DNA of 64,000 nucleotides, taken from a virus. Lineage: Duplodnaviria > Caudoviricetes. Under the pieces are notes generated by a model that had not been told where the DNA came from, searched no databases, and saw only the letters and a program-made list of their open reading frames with translations. Below, one piece after another: positions 53,241 through 63,875 of the stretch. Within the stretch, counting starts at the first letter, position 1. Each line of letters begins with the position of its first letter. Where the stretch lies: the IMG/VR virus record IMGVR_UViG_3300044991_002130, positions 10,406-74,405 of that record, one strand, 5' to 3'. A program made the translations under genes and the position numbers.

Positions 53241-53920
53241 AAATCAGTTATTTAGTGACTGTTCACAACGAGACACTTGAGCTTCTTCAACTGATTGAGA
53301 AGCTCAAGACTCATATCGACTTTGTTACTCCAAACGATGAAGTTGTTATATTGGACGATTTCTCCGACAATCCAGACACCATAAAAATTTTGGATAAAGC
53401 AAAAAGTTATGGGTTCGCCGTGGTTCAACATGCACTAAACAAAAACTTTGCAGATCACAAGAACTATGGTAGTAAGCGTTGCGTGGGTGATTATATTGTA
53501 CAATGTGACGCAGACGAATATTTGTATCCGGTACTATTAAATAATATGCACGAGTTGATAGAGTCGAATCCAACGGTTGAATTGTATAGAGTTCCAAGAG
53601 TCAATATTGTACGAGGTGCCACAGACGATGATGCCAGAAACTGGGGATGGCACATGATGAGACTGCCAGAGTTTGGTGACTTACCTATTATAAATTGGGG
53701 CAATGGAGGAGACTATCAATCTCGCATTTATAAAAATAGTTTAAAGATACAATGGCAAAAATCATTACACGAAACAATTGTGGGAGCATCTATTGTGGCA
53801 CATCTTCCAAAAGATGTGGAATGGTCAATAATACACGATAAAACGATTGACAGGCAGAGAGCACAAAACGAATTTTACAACAAAAATTGGTCAATAAAGG
53901 CCAATATGGGACAAGGATAA
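53237..53920 (+). CDS. GT2 glycosyltransferase
   Basis: DDFS, F...KN, DADE, DYQ.R, LHE. Confidence 0.9.
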   Translation: MKISYLVTVHNETLELLQLIEKLKTHIDFVTPNDEVVILDDFSDNPDTIKILDKAKSYGFAVVQHALNKNFADHKNYGSKRCVGDYIVQCDADEYLYPVLLNNMHELIESNPTVELYRVPRVNIVRGATDDDARNWGWHMMRLPEFGDLPIINWGNGGDYQSRIYKNSLKIQWQKSLHETIVGASIVAHLPKDVEWSIIHDKTIDRQRAQNEFYNKNWSIKANMGQG

Positions 53921-53924
53921 ACTT

Positions 53925-54497
53925 ATGGCACATCACTTCTTAGACATTGGCGCAAACAGTGGAAACACTTTCGGGTTATTTTTAAATAATAACCCTAAAT
54001 ATCATGGAAGCACCGTATGGTGTTTTGAACCATCTCCTCAGCACTTTAATGCATTACTGATGAACGCGAGGATTGCTTCTAATCTATATCAAGTAATAGT
54101 ATGTCCGTTTGGCGTGGGCGGCAAGACAGAATTGCTTCCATTCTATGAAATGGTGAATAATACGGTATCGGATTCATTGTTCAAGGATGTTGGTGGAACT
54201 ATTGACCCAAATCCAAGATATCAAATATTGGCATCTGTCGTATCTATATCGGATTTCATATCTAAATTTATACCAGAAGGAGATACGATTACAATGAAAG
54301 TGGATTGTGAAGGAGCGGAGTATGACATATATGAATCGCTTATACAAAATCCACATCTACTCAATAAAATTGAATGTATTTACAATGAGTGGCATCCGGG
54401 ATGGGACGGTATGGATAATTCTAGAAAGCAGAGGATTCTGTCCATCGTTACACGGCTGGCGGAGCACGGTAAAGTGTTAAAAGATTGGGCATTTTAA
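53925..54497 (+). CDS. FkbM family methyltransferase
   Basis: DIGAN.G, FEP, KVDCEGAE. Confidence 0.88.
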   Translation: MAHHFLDIGANSGNTFGLFLNNNPKYHGSTVWCFEPSPQHFNALLMNARIASNLYQVIVCPFGVGGKTELLPFYEMVNNTVSDSLFKDVGGTIDPNPRYQILASVVSISDFISKFIPEGDTITMKVDCEGAEYDIYESLIQNPHLLNKIECIYNEWHPGWDGMDNSRKQRILSIVTRLAEHGKVLKDWAF

Positions 54498-54500
54498 TTT

Positions 54501-55145
54501 ATGATATACAACGAAAAAATAACAAAAATAGAGAGAAAATTCCCACTCGATTACATCAAAAATCTTAGGGATAAAACCCCAAACTTTACGTTGATTGATG
54601 TTGGAATATGTGCCAATGCATGGACTAGAGAATATGCCACGCACGGAGTTGACATCCAAAAATATGATATAAATATTAAACAATTTACAGGAAATATATC
54701 AGACTTCACCGTTTGGGATGAAATATTGGATTATGTTAAAGAACATGGAAAATTTGATTTTTTGACATGCACTCACACTCTTGAAGATATATCTTCTGCG
54801 GTTATGGTATGTAACATGTTTTCTAGAATAGCCAAGGAAGGATTCATAGCAGTTCCAAGTAAGTTCTGGGAACTCAATAGGCACGAAGGACACTGGCGAG
54901 GATTCATTCACCATCGTTGGGTATACGAGGTAAAAGATGGAAAATTTAAAGGTTATCCTAAGCAATCTTTCTTGGAAAATTCTGACTATATAGAATCGTG
55001 GACAAAAAGTAATCCGGCACGACCTGAAAATCTAGAATTGCAGTTCTTCTGGAAAGACGAAGTCAAGCTTGATGTCGTAAATCAAGATTTGCTCGGTCCG
55101 TCGATTGACCATGTAATTCAATATTATAGAGAATTGGTAAAATGA
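54501..55145 (+). CDS. Class I SAM methyltransferase-like protein
   Basis: IDVG, FDF..CTHTLED, G.I.VPS, HHRW. Confidence 0.75.
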   Translation: MIYNEKITKIERKFPLDYIKNLRDKTPNFTLIDVGICANAWTREYATHGVDIQKYDINIKQFTGNISDFTVWDEILDYVKEHGKFDFLTCTHTLEDISSAVMVCNMFSRIAKEGFIAVPSKFWELNRHEGHWRGFIHHRWVYEVKDGKFKGYPKQSFLENSDYIESWTKSNPARPENLELQFFWKDEVKLDVVNQDLLGPSIDHVIQYYRELVK

Positions 55146-56083
55146 AGATAGGTCTGCACGCAAACCAACTCGACCACAGGGGAAATAGCACGGTTATTTA
55201 TGATTATGCAAGCGCATTGAAGAATTATTTTGGATATGATGTTCATATTATAACATCGAAACCGAAGTCCACTCATCCTATGGATAAGTTCTCAAAGTTT
55301 GGATATTCAATGTACGAAAATGTATCGGAACTAGAGTGTCTGGTAGACAAGGAAAAAATAGATGTATTATATATGACAAAGGCCGGAAACATTGATAAAA
55401 TATGTCCGACCAACTGTAAAACTGCGATACATTGTGTGTTTGACATGAGAGAGCCTCATGGTTCCGTGTATGCGGGAGTAAGTGAATGGCTGGCACAATA
55501 TTATAAAAAAGAACTATGGGTTCCTCATATAATTGATATAAAAAAGACTAATAGCACATTGCACCACGAACTTGGTATTCCAAAAACCGCGTTTATTGTT
55601 GGAAGATTAGGCGGCTACGAGCAATTTGATCTACCATTCGTGCATTCTGCTATAAAGTCAGCTTTGAATGCTCGCCAAGACCTTTATACAGTGTTTCTTA
55701 ACACCAAACCATTCATCGACCACCCAAGAGCCAAATTCATCCCATTTCAACCAGAATTGGAATTTAAAGGTAATTTTATCAGCACTTGCGATGCCATGAT
55801 TCATGGTAGGTCCGACGGTGAGACATTTGGGTTGGCGGTGGCAGAATTCTCTTCGATGAATAAACCGATTTTGACTTATGATGCTCCGTATTGGTGGTAT
55901 ATGCGCAGCCATTTACATATTTTGGGAGAAAAAGCAATAACATATAAAAACGAGGAAGAATTACTTTCATACTTATTACAGATTGACAAAGAGTATGTAA
56001 GAGATATAGACTGGGATTGTTACTCAACCAGATTCTCTCCTGCGAATGTAATAGAGAGATTTAATACTATATTTATCAAATGA
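55142..56083 (+). CDS. GT-B glycosyltransferase
   Basis: RG....YDYA, DAM.H.R..GETFGLA..E. Confidence 0.85.
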   Translation: MKIGLHANQLDHRGNSTVIYDYASALKNYFGYDVHIITSKPKSTHPMDKFSKFGYSMYENVSELECLVDKEKIDVLYMTKAGNIDKICPTNCKTAIHCVFDMREPHGSVYAGVSEWLAQYYKKELWVPHIIDIKKTNSTLHHELGIPKTAFIVGRLGGYEQFDLPFVHSAIKSALNARQDLYTVFLNTKPFIDHPRAKFIPFQPELEFKGNFISTCDAMIHGRSDGETFGLAVAEFSSMNKPILTYDAPYWWYMRSHLHILGEKAITYKNEEELLSYLLQIDKEYVRDIDWDCYSTRFSPANVIERFNTIFIK

Positions 56084-56649
56084 TATTAGCAAAACAATTT
56101 TTATCGAGCCTTCCAATGAAGAGTTCGCATATCGACAAACATCTATCCGAAATGGCGATGTATTATTCCAGCGCAATTGGAATGGAGCATTATAGATTAT
56201 TGACCGCGTTGAGTATGATGAATAGAAACTCTATTATATTGGATATAGGTACATACAAAGGAGCATCGGCACTTGCGCTGAGTACAAATCCAACCAACAA
56301 AGTTATATCATACAATATAGTTAACCAACTCGATGTTGACTTTTCCGATATTCCAAATATAGAATTTAAGATTAAGGACATATACACGGAATCCAAGGAG
56401 TTGATTTTATCGTCGAATTTTATTTTATATGACATTTCACCACATAATGGAAAAGACGAACTCCGCTTCTACGAATTCGTGAAGGGCTTGGGATATACCG
56501 GAACAATTATATTTGATGATATTCATTTGAATGGTGGAATGAAAGAATTTTGGACAAAAGTCGATTCAAATAAATCCGACTTTACGTGTGTTGGGCATGG
56601 GTCTGGTACCGGCGTAGTGTTTTTTGGGGAAGAAATTATAATACAATGA
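56080..56649 (+). CDS. SAM methyltransferase (Methyltransf_24-like)
   Basis: DIGT..G.S, D..H.G, DDI. Confidence 0.75.
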   Translation: MILAKQFLSSLPMKSSHIDKHLSEMAMYYSSAIGMEHYRLLTALSMMNRNSIILDIGTYKGASALALSTNPTNKVISYNIVNQLDVDFSDIPNIEFKIKDIYTESKELILSSNFILYDISPHNGKDELRFYEFVKGLGYTGTIIFDDIHLNGGMKEFWTKVDSNKSDFTCVGHGSGTGVVFFGEEIIIQ

Positions 56650-57194
56650 TTGTTGGTAAATACACATATGGTACAGAATTTATTGATGCTAGGGATTACG
56701 GGTCCAACTCTCAGTTAATTATTGGTGGTTTTTGTAGTATAGCACATAATATTACTATATTTCTTGGGGGAAATCATAGAAGCGATTTATTTTCGACATA
56801 CAAGTTTGGATTGGATGGGCAAAATAATATTTTTAATAAATTTGGACCCGAGGGCTCGGACGGAAAAGGAGTGTTGACTTCGAATGGTGATGTTATTATT
56901 GGAAACGACGTTTGGATTGGATTTGGTTCTACAATTATGTCTGGTGTGACTATTGGAGATGGTGCGATAATAGCTGCAAAATCGGTTGTAACAAAAAATG
57001 TAGAACCGTATACAATCGTAGGAGGAAATCCAGCCAAGCTTATTAAAAAAAGATTTTCTGATGAATCTATAGAAAAACTTTTAAAAATAAAGTGGTGGGA
57101 CTGGCCAGATGCTAAAATAAGCAATAACATGAGAGAAATATGTTCTAATAATGTAGAAAATTTAGATAAGCTTTTATTGGAATCAACTATATGA
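56646..57194 (+). CDS. CatB/Vat-like hexapeptide O-acetyltransferase
   Basis: IG.FCSIA, IGNDVWIG, GGNPAK, WWDW. Confidence 0.9.
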   Translation: MIVGKYTYGTEFIDARDYGSNSQLIIGGFCSIAHNITIFLGGNHRSDLFSTYKFGLDGQNNIFNKFGPEGSDGKGVLTSNGDVIIGNDVWIGFGSTIMSGVTIGDGAIIAAKSVVTKNVEPYTIVGGNPAKLIKKRFSDESIEKLLKIKWWDWPDAKISNNMREICSNNVENLDKLLLESTI

Positions 57195-57808
57195 ATTATT
57201 TTATACATTTACTTGGGCGTCTTAAGTCCAGAGGAAACTACCCGAAGGTATTGTTTGACGTTGGTGCCCATTTTGGGGAAACCAACGAGATGATGCGGTC
57301 GGCATTCCCCGACAGCAGAATTATATCATTTGAGGCGAATCCAAATTGCATCCCAATCCTAGAGTCAAGGGGAATTGAATTCGTGCCGTGTCTATTAGGA
57401 CGAGAGAACGTGGAAAGTGTAAAATTTTACACAAACCCGGATGACCCGGTGTCTACGGGATGTTCTATATTTAAAGAGAATACCGTTCACTTTTCTAATG
57501 CCAAAGTAATAGAACTCCCAATGTATCGACTGGATTATATAGTTCCGCCCGAAATAGTGCCAGAGTTTTTGAAAATGGACGTACAAGGGGCGGAACTGTC
57601 TGTGCTGGATGGGGCGGAAAAACTTTTGCCGTCTATTCGTTGGATTTACTTGGAAGTGTCATTCGTGAGTTGTAACGACGGGGCTCCAATGTTCAAGGAA
57701 GTCGCCGACCACCTATACGCCCGTGGCTATAGCATAACTGATATGTGCGATTCAACGTACATAGACAATCAATTGGTGCAGTCTAATTTCCTATTTGAAA
57801 GAAAATGA
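57191..57808 (+). CDS. FkbM family methyltransferase
   Basis: DVGAH.G, FEAN, KMDVQGAEL. Confidence 0.9.
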   Translation: MNYFIHLLGRLKSRGNYPKVLFDVGAHFGETNEMMRSAFPDSRIISFEANPNCIPILESRGIEFVPCLLGRENVESVKFYTNPDDPVSTGCSIFKENTVHFSNAKVIELPMYRLDYIVPPEIVPEFLKMDVQGAELSVLDGAEKLLPSIRWIYLEVSFVSCNDGAPMFKEVADHLYARGYSITDMCDSTYIDNQLVQSNFLFERK

Positions 57809-58680
57809 AGGTTTTATTTATATCCAAAGGCGATTTGCCGGACTACCAGTCGGACACTATTATTCACGGGGGGAGAAGTGTATTGGGAGAAAATTTTGTT
57901 GATGCCAATTTTCCTTGGTACATGTATAAGAAAGAAAAGGTTAAGTTCTGGAATACACGCGTGCCGGATGGTGGCAATAGTTATGGTAGAGGATTCACTC
58001 TACATGGTACCCTAGACGACATAAAAATAGACCGAGAGGATATCCGAGATAAAATATCAGCCAGATTCTTTGATTACATAATATATGGGTCAATTACTCG
58101 GTGTGACGATTATGTAAACGAGGTGATAGCGCACTATCCCAAAGAAAAGATATTCATAGTTGATGGCGAGGATGGTCAGCAAATAAGACATCAAAATCCA
58201 AATACCGTAACTCTGTTCAAGCGTGAACTGGACGTTGGTGGATATTGGGTCAGACCGATAAGTTTCGGTGCCCCGAAAGAGAAGATTGTGAATTCTGTTC
58301 CCATCAAGACACAAGAATGGGGGAGTGTGATTCCCGGAAAAATTGAGACATATACTTTTACCGAAGAATCTTCTTATTATGCAGATTATCAAAAGTCGTA
58401 TTTTGCATTGACTCATAAAAAGGGTGGGTGGGATTGTATGCGACATTATGAAATATTAATGAACGGATGTGTTCCATACTTCCCAGATATCGACGGTTGC
58501 CCAGCAAGAACACTCGCGGACTTTCCAAAGGATTTGTGCCGCGAGGCGAACCTTATGGTAAAATCTGGGGAATTGTCGGACGATTTATACTATACATTAG
58601 CTGATAAATTTTTAAAATATACGAAAGAAAGATTGACAACCGACGCAGTTTTCTCTAATATGTTAAGTATATTAAAATGA
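57805..58680 (+). CDS. Glycosyltransferase-like protein
   Basis: DGED, FKRE, KKGGWDCMRHYEI. Confidence 0.65.
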   Translation: MKVLFISKGDLPDYQSDTIIHGGRSVLGENFVDANFPWYMYKKEKVKFWNTRVPDGGNSYGRGFTLHGTLDDIKIDREDIRDKISARFFDYIIYGSITRCDDYVNEVIAHYPKEKIFIVDGEDGQQIRHQNPNTVTLFKRELDVGGYWVRPISFGAPKEKIVNSVPIKTQEWGSVIPGKIETYTFTEESSYYADYQKSYFALTHKKGGWDCMRHYEILMNGCVPYFPDIDGCPARTLADFPKDLCREANLMVKSGELSDDLYYTLADKFLKYTKERLTTDAVFSNMLSILK

Positions 58681-59477
58681 ATAAAATAGTATTGTATTGT
58701 AAATCATACAGGGGGGATGTGAATCGAATCAAAGTTCTGTTTGAAAGTATTCAAAAATATAATAGAGATAATATACCTTTCTATATCTCATGTCCAAACA
58801 ATGACATTGGCATTTTCAAACAAGCGTTGGGTTCTTCCGGGTACACCATAATATCGGACGAGAGTATATGCGGACAATCCGGAGTAGAAGATTGGACAAG
58901 TCAACAAATTGTGAAAAGTTCGCTCTGGAAAATAGACGTGTGTGAAAATTACTTAGTGTTAGACAGCGATAGTTATTTCATACGCCCGTTCTATGTAAAA
59001 GATTTCATTGCTCCGAATGGAGAACCCTACGTTGTAATGCACGAGCAAAAAGAATTGTTCAATTGGACCTGCAACAAGGCCCACTTATTAGGATTTGACC
59101 CGTCAATAAGCTTTGGGGAATGTAGACAAAAAGTCATGGATGTGTTCGGGAGAGTTGGGAGATATTATGATTTTGGTCCCAGTCCGGTTATATGGAACTG
59201 TAACATTTGGAAACAATTTAAAGACAATTACCTCGTCCCAAATAAATTAACAATGAGTGATGTTATAAGAATTGTACCGAGCGAATTTTCTTGGTATGGC
59301 GAATGGTTGATGACATACGAGAAGCACATGCTGCCAATTGAACCACTGTTCAAAGTGTTTCATTATGGAGCACAATACCACGAACTAAAGTATCAGGGAT
59401 ACACCGAACAAAATCTTTCGACTATTTACATGGGAATTGTCATGCAAAGCAATGCTTCAATCCCGCTAAAATATTAA
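58677..59477 (+). CDS. GT-A-like protein (DUF6492-like)
   Basis: W..QQIVK, LDSD.YF, EF..YG. Confidence 0.65.
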   Translation: MNKIVLYCKSYRGDVNRIKVLFESIQKYNRDNIPFYISCPNNDIGIFKQALGSSGYTIISDESICGQSGVEDWTSQQIVKSSLWKIDVCENYLVLDSDSYFIRPFYVKDFIAPNGEPYVVMHEQKELFNWTCNKAHLLGFDPSISFGECRQKVMDVFGRVGRYYDFGPSPVIWNCNIWKQFKDNYLVPNKLTMSDVIRIVPSEFSWYGEWLMTYEKHMLPIEPLFKVFHYGAQYHELKYQGYTEQNLSTIYMGIVMQSNASIPLKY

Positions 59478-59480
59478 ACT

Positions 59481-60071
59481 ATGGAAACACTTCAACAAAT
59501 ATATGATAAGTTAATAAAAGAATACCCAACTCGACTCACGGATAAGGGTGCTGGTGCGTATGGACCAATTGAAGGTGGGCCGGGGCACACTTATGCCCAA
59601 TTCTACGACATACTATTCGGTAAATTTAGAGACAAGCCGATAAATATCCTCGAAATAGGCGTAAATAGAGGCGGCAGTTTGATGATGTGGCGTAGATTCT
59701 TCAATAATCCAGAAACTCGCGTATATGGAATTGATATTGTTAAGTCATTTGACGACTTTCCACCGGAAGAGAACATAAACGCGTATGTGTTCGACGCCGG
59801 AAGTCCGGGATTGTTTCAACAACATCTACAAGACACAAAATTTGACATTATTATAGACGATGGAGCACACGAAAAAGAGTCTCAAGTCAAGATATACAAT
59901 CTGTTGAAAAATAGAGTGAAGTCGGATGGATTATATGTCATCGAAGATATCTTTGAGGTACACAATAACATAGAATATTTCTTGGAGAGAGTGACGCCGG
60001 TGCCAACTGTGATAGATAGACGTTGGATAAATGAGCAATTGGACGATGTTATGTTAGTATTCAGGTTTTGA
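59481..60071 (+). CDS. SAM methyltransferase (sugar O-methyltransferase-like)
   Basis: TDK...H.Y...Y, LEIG...GGS, DIIIDDG.H, G.YVIED. Confidence 0.85.
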   Translation: METLQQIYDKLIKEYPTRLTDKGAGAYGPIEGGPGHTYAQFYDILFGKFRDKPINILEIGVNRGGSLMMWRRFFNNPETRVYGIDIVKSFDDFPPEENINAYVFDAGSPGLFQQHLQDTKFDIIIDDGAHEKESQVKIYNLLKNRVKSDGLYVIEDIFEVHNNIEYFLERVTPVPTVIDRRWINEQLDDVMLVFRF

Positions 60072-60086
60072 TATCGGCAAATATCC

Positions 60087-60127
60087 GTGGACATTGGTAT
60101 TGACATCTGTGGACATTGGCGTATGAT
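60087..60127 (+). promoter_or_regulatory. Promoter flanked by 11-bp direct repeats
   Basis: GTGGACATTGG at 60087 and 60109; TTGACA-N16-TATGAT. Confidence 0.55.
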
Positions 60128-60138
60128 TTGTTCACATT

Positions 60139-61494
60139 ATGGCAAAAATCAACTTAAGCATGTTCGATTCGTTCAAGAAACTGGACGAATATAAAAGCCT
60201 GACGAAGCTTCAACAAAAGTTCTTTAAGGATTTTTTCTCTGGCCGCAATATTTTTCTTACCGGCCCCGCTGGAACAGGCAAATCGTTCTGTGTGAATCTG
60301 TTATTCAAGTTCTTGGACCTACATTCCATATTTTATGGAAAGACCGCAACAACTGGCGTGGCGGCACTAAATATAGGAGGAACCACACTCCATTCTTGGT
60401 CTGGAATGGGATTGGCCGAAGAAGACGGCATGGATTTGCTGGATAAAGTATCGGAAAACAAGAAAGCCGTAGACCGTATAAAAAGTTCCAAGGTTTTGAT
60501 TGTTGATGAAATATCAATGGCGCAGTCTAATCTGCTAGATAAGCTTGATATTGTATGCCAATTCATCAGAAATAAAGAGAAACCATTCGGTGGTATGCAA
60601 GTTGTATTTGTCGGAGATTTCATGCAACTTCCGCCAGTATTCAAGAACTATCAGAACGAGGAATTTGCATTCGACTCGCAGGCATGGAAGGACGCGGGGG
60701 TTAAGACAATTCACTTGACGGAGATTGTTCGTCAACACGACGAGCCACATTTTGCAAAACTTTTGAACGAAGTTAGACTCGGTTCGGCCAAAGATTTTTC
60801 ATTATTGTTGGGATGTGTTGGTCGGGCATTCCCGGACGATGGTATTGCGCCGGTTAAATTATACTGTAAAAACGTCGATGTTAGTCGATATAATCATGCT
60901 GAATTAGCTAAAATTAAGTCCGTCACTAAATATTATCATGCGAGCGATTCTGGTGGCGATTCATGGAAGCAGTTCTTCGACAAAAACTGCCCAGCGCCGA
61001 CTAACCTAGAATTAAAAATTGGCGCTCAAGTTATATTGTTAAAGAATATTGACCCAAAAATTGGGTTGGTCAATGGCAGTGTAGGTATAGTAAAAGAACT
61101 TTACGACTCCTGTGCCGTGGTTGACTTTGTCACAGCCGGGTCACAAGTAATCGAGGTCCAAAAATGGGAAGTTAAGCAGAATGAATATGATAGTTTAAGT
61201 GGCGGAATGAAGAAAGTCGTTCTGGCATCTCGCGCACAACTGCCACTGAAACTTGCTTGGGCAATAACAATTCACAAAAGTCAGGGCAGCACACTTGATA
61301 GAGCAGAAATTGATGTAAGTGAAGCATTTGCTGCGGGACAAGTATATGTAGCATTGAGCAGAGTGCGTAATTTATCTTCACTTAGTATAAAGTCTTTTTC
61401 TCCACACAAAATCAAAACAAATAAAAAGTGTTTGGATTTTTATAACTCGCAAATTGATGAAAAAGAGATAGAGTTCTTTATTGACGAGGACTGA
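60139..61494 (+). CDS. PIF1 family helicase
   Basis: GPAGTGKS, DEISM, PFGG.Q...GDF.QLPPV, AWAITIHKSQG, YVALSR. Confidence 0.95.
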   Translation: MAKINLSMFDSFKKLDEYKSLTKLQQKFFKDFFSGRNIFLTGPAGTGKSFCVNLLFKFLDLHSIFYGKTATTGVAALNIGGTTLHSWSGMGLAEEDGMDLLDKVSENKKAVDRIKSSKVLIVDEISMAQSNLLDKLDIVCQFIRNKEKPFGGMQVVFVGDFMQLPPVFKNYQNEEFAFDSQAWKDAGVKTIHLTEIVRQHDEPHFAKLLNEVRLGSAKDFSLLLGCVGRAFPDDGIAPVKLYCKNVDVSRYNHAELAKIKSVTKYYHASDSGGDSWKQFFDKNCPAPTNLELKIGAQVILLKNIDPKIGLVNGSVGIVKELYDSCAVVDFVTAGSQVIEVQKWEVKQNEYDSLSGGMKKVVLASRAQLPLKLAWAITIHKSQGSTLDRAEIDVSEAFAAGQVYVALSRVRNLSSLSIKSFSPHKIKTNKKCLDFYNSQIDEKEIEFFIDED

Positions 61495-61502
61495 AAACAA
61501 TT

Positions 61503-61922
61503 ATGACTACACAGAAAAAAGGTTTGTATTATTATATTATAACAGTTTTATGCTTTTTGCATATTGTACTCACTGCTACTGCCATCTGGGCACTGAAGCA
61601 TTTGTGGGACAATGGGCAGTTGATGACTGATTATGTTTCAACTTTAAGAGCGGTATTTACAATATGCGGACAATTTTGGTTTATCAGAGAGATGCTTTGG
61701 CATGATTCTGGATATACTATCATAACAACTACGGAATATAAATTGTTCAAGTGTAAAGAAAGTGGCAAAGAAGAAGCATTTATGATGTTTGCTGATAGCA
61801 CAGAAGAACTAGAACACTTCTTTGAGGTTACTGAACCAACCAAAAAGATTTATATTGAAGAGGCAGAAATGACTGGTAAAAGTATCCAAATGAAAGTATT
61901 CAACGGAGATGATGTAAAATGA
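61503..61922 (+). CDS. Membrane protein
   Basis: N-terminal TM segments. Confidence 0.55.
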   Translation: MTTQKKGLYYYIITVLCFLHIVLTATAIWALKHLWDNGQLMTDYVSTLRAVFTICGQFWFIREMLWHDSGYTIITTTEYKLFKCKESGKEEAFMMFADSTEELEHFFEVTEPTKKIYIEEAEMTGKSIQMKVFNGDDVK

Positions 61923-62170
61923 ACAAAGTTGACAAAGATTGCAATCATGTTTGGAGAATATATGGTAATTACATGGACGAGGAAGTCGAGCCATCGTGGC
62001 CAGACCGAGGCTTTGTGGAATGCACAAAATGCAAAGGAATTAAATTGGCAAATCTGTGGAAATTAATTAAACGGGTTCCTCCAACTAGACCGAAGGCCGT
62101 TTGGAAATCGACTCGTGGTCTAGAAGATATGCCTAGTTATGATACAATCGTGGAGATTTTAGAATTATGA
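61919..62170 (+). CDS. Hypothetical zinc-ribbon protein
   Basis: C.H.W...CTKC. Confidence 0.5.
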   Translation: MNKVDKDCNHVWRIYGNYMDEEVEPSWPDRGFVECTKCKGIKLANLWKLIKRVPPTRPKAVWKSTRGLEDMPSYDTIVEILEL

Positions 62171-62409
62171 AAAAAACACAAATTGAAATAAAGAAAACTG
62201 GTAAATTGTTCGATGTGAAATATCTTATTGATGGTTATGTCGGAGTGACATATACCGTGGTGGTGAATACAAACATAGCAGATTATGTTGGTTGGAGCGA
62301 AACGAAGTTTGAAAGCTATCTTCGTAAGTCGTTTCGCCATTTTTATAATTTGGACAAAAATTTGAAGCCAAACAAACGTAATGGTAGATTATCAATAAAC
62401 AAACTATGA
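62167..62409 (+). CDS. Hypothetical protein
   Basis: Coupled ORF. Confidence 0.5.
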   Translation: MKKTQIEIKKTGKLFDVKYLIDGYVGVTYTVVVNTNIADYVGWSETKFESYLRKSFRHFYNLDKNLKPNKRNGRLSINKL

Positions 62410-63185
62410 GCAAAACAGCAGCATTCATTCTAAACCATAATCTACCCGATTACACGGACATGTTATATGAGTCGCTCAAACCCTATGAGCGAACTGACTA
62501 TGACTTGTTTGTTATAGACAACGGTTCTACACCAGAAGGCAAGAGCAAACACACCTCATTTGAGTTGGGTGAGAATGTGTATTTTGGTGGTGGTTTCAAT
62601 GCTGCCATGCAATATACATTGGAAAATAAAAAGTATGATAGCATGATGTTTTTGAACAATGATTTGACAGTTCATCCATACAACTTTGTGAGGTCTTTGC
62701 GTGAAGAGATGTTTGAAGAAGTTTTCATGGACAAATATTGTTCTCAAGAACAACGCTATGATATTGTGTCACCTTCTTTTTATAATATTGAACCCAAAGG
62801 CCAATGTCATTGGAAGAGTATGCACAGTTGGAGTGCCAAAGAAACCAGACCTGTTGATTATATTGATTTTCAATGTCCATTGATCAGCGGAAGATTGCTT
62901 GAACAAGTCAAAGAAATCGACGGTGATTTGTTGTATGGATGGGGCATTTGTTTCTATTTTGCTTTGTTGGCAAAACACAACGGTTGGAAACTTGGTATGG
63001 TGGACAGATGTTGCGTACTGCATCATAACTCTCTCACCGTGAAACGAGGTGTAGCTGGGTTGGATATTCCAACATATTGCATGCGAGCCGAAACTGGACA
63101 AAACAACTTTTTCTCAAAGAAAAATATGATGAGAGAATATATTGAATTGAGAAAGAAAGCAGAAACATATGAATACAACAACTGA
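62406..63185 (+). CDS. GT2 glycosyltransferase
   Basis: IDNGS, N..F.GG.N, LNND. Confidence 0.85.
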   Translation: MSKTAAFILNHNLPDYTDMLYESLKPYERTDYDLFVIDNGSTPEGKSKHTSFELGENVYFGGGFNAAMQYTLENKKYDSMMFLNNDLTVHPYNFVRSLREEMFEEVFMDKYCSQEQRYDIVSPSFYNIEPKGQCHWKSMHSWSAKETRPVDYIDFQCPLISGRLLEQVKEIDGDLLYGWGICFYFALLAKHNGWKLGMVDRCCVLHHNSLTVKRGVAGLDIPTYCMRAETGQNNFFSKKNMMREYIELRKKAETYEYNN

Positions 63186-63429
63186 AACACAACTTACACT
63201 TGATTTGGGCAAAGAACATCAAACATTGATTACCATACAGCCAGATTTGAGCATGACTTTTCATGATGGTAAAAATGCGATTGGAAAACTTGATTGGAAT
63301 GATGGCACAATGAAGTTTAGCGGCAGTGTTGATGAAAGTGCGCAACTATTCTTTGCTTGTATTATACAAGCACACACTCAAGACACATTGTTTGAACAAA
63401 AGAAAAATAATACGGAGATGAAATCATGA
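63169..63429 (+). CDS. Hypothetical protein, paralog of 63677
   Basis: MKFSGSVDESAQLFF. Confidence 0.6.
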   Translation: MNTTTETQLTLDLGKEHQTLITIQPDLSMTFHDGKNAIGKLDWNDGTMKFSGSVDESAQLFFACIIQAHTQDTLFEQKKNNTEMKS

Positions 63430-63680
63430 ATATTACACTATGCCATTGTGGTACTGCAACCAAAAGGCCACATCAAATCGAAAAGTTTGGATGTAGTAGA
63501 TTTATTGCTGCTGCTCCTATTTTTAGAGGTAAACACCCCGAATTGGGATGTGATATGTGGGATACCGGCGACGGTAGCCCTATAACGGATTATACCCTAC
63601 GGCATCAACGCGGTTATAAAAAACATGAAAATGGTATATGGTCGAGGTGGCAGGGTAGCACAAATTCGATTGAAGCGTGA
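63426..63680 (+). CDS. Hypothetical protein
   Basis: Coupled ORF. Confidence 0.5.
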   Translation: MNITLCHCGTATKRPHQIEKFGCSRFIAAAPIFRGKHPELGCDMWDTGDGSPITDYTLRHQRGYKKHENGIWSRWQGSTNSIEA

Positions 63681-63871
63681 TTATGAAAAAAAGAAATATA
63701 TTTAATATCATTTTAGACGGTGAAGAAATTGCTAGTCTTGTCATGGAGAATGGAAAAATGAAATTCACAGGCAATGTCGATGAAAGTGCAAAGATTTTTT
63801 TTGAACAAGTCATTAAGCACTACAGTAATGACAGCGGAGACGCCGATTGGTGGAAAAAATGTGATGAATAA
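63677..63871 (+). CDS. Hypothetical protein, paralog of 63169
   Basis: MKFTGNVDESAKIFF. Confidence 0.6.
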   Translation: MIMKKRNIFNIILDGEEIASLVMENGKMKFTGNVDESAKIFFEQVIKHYSNDSGDADWWKKCDE

Positions 63872-63875
63872 TTTT

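Noticed and set aside
56646-57194. Antibiotic resistance gene (catB/vat)
   Set aside because: Context within the glycan cluster favours a sugar O-acetyltransferase.
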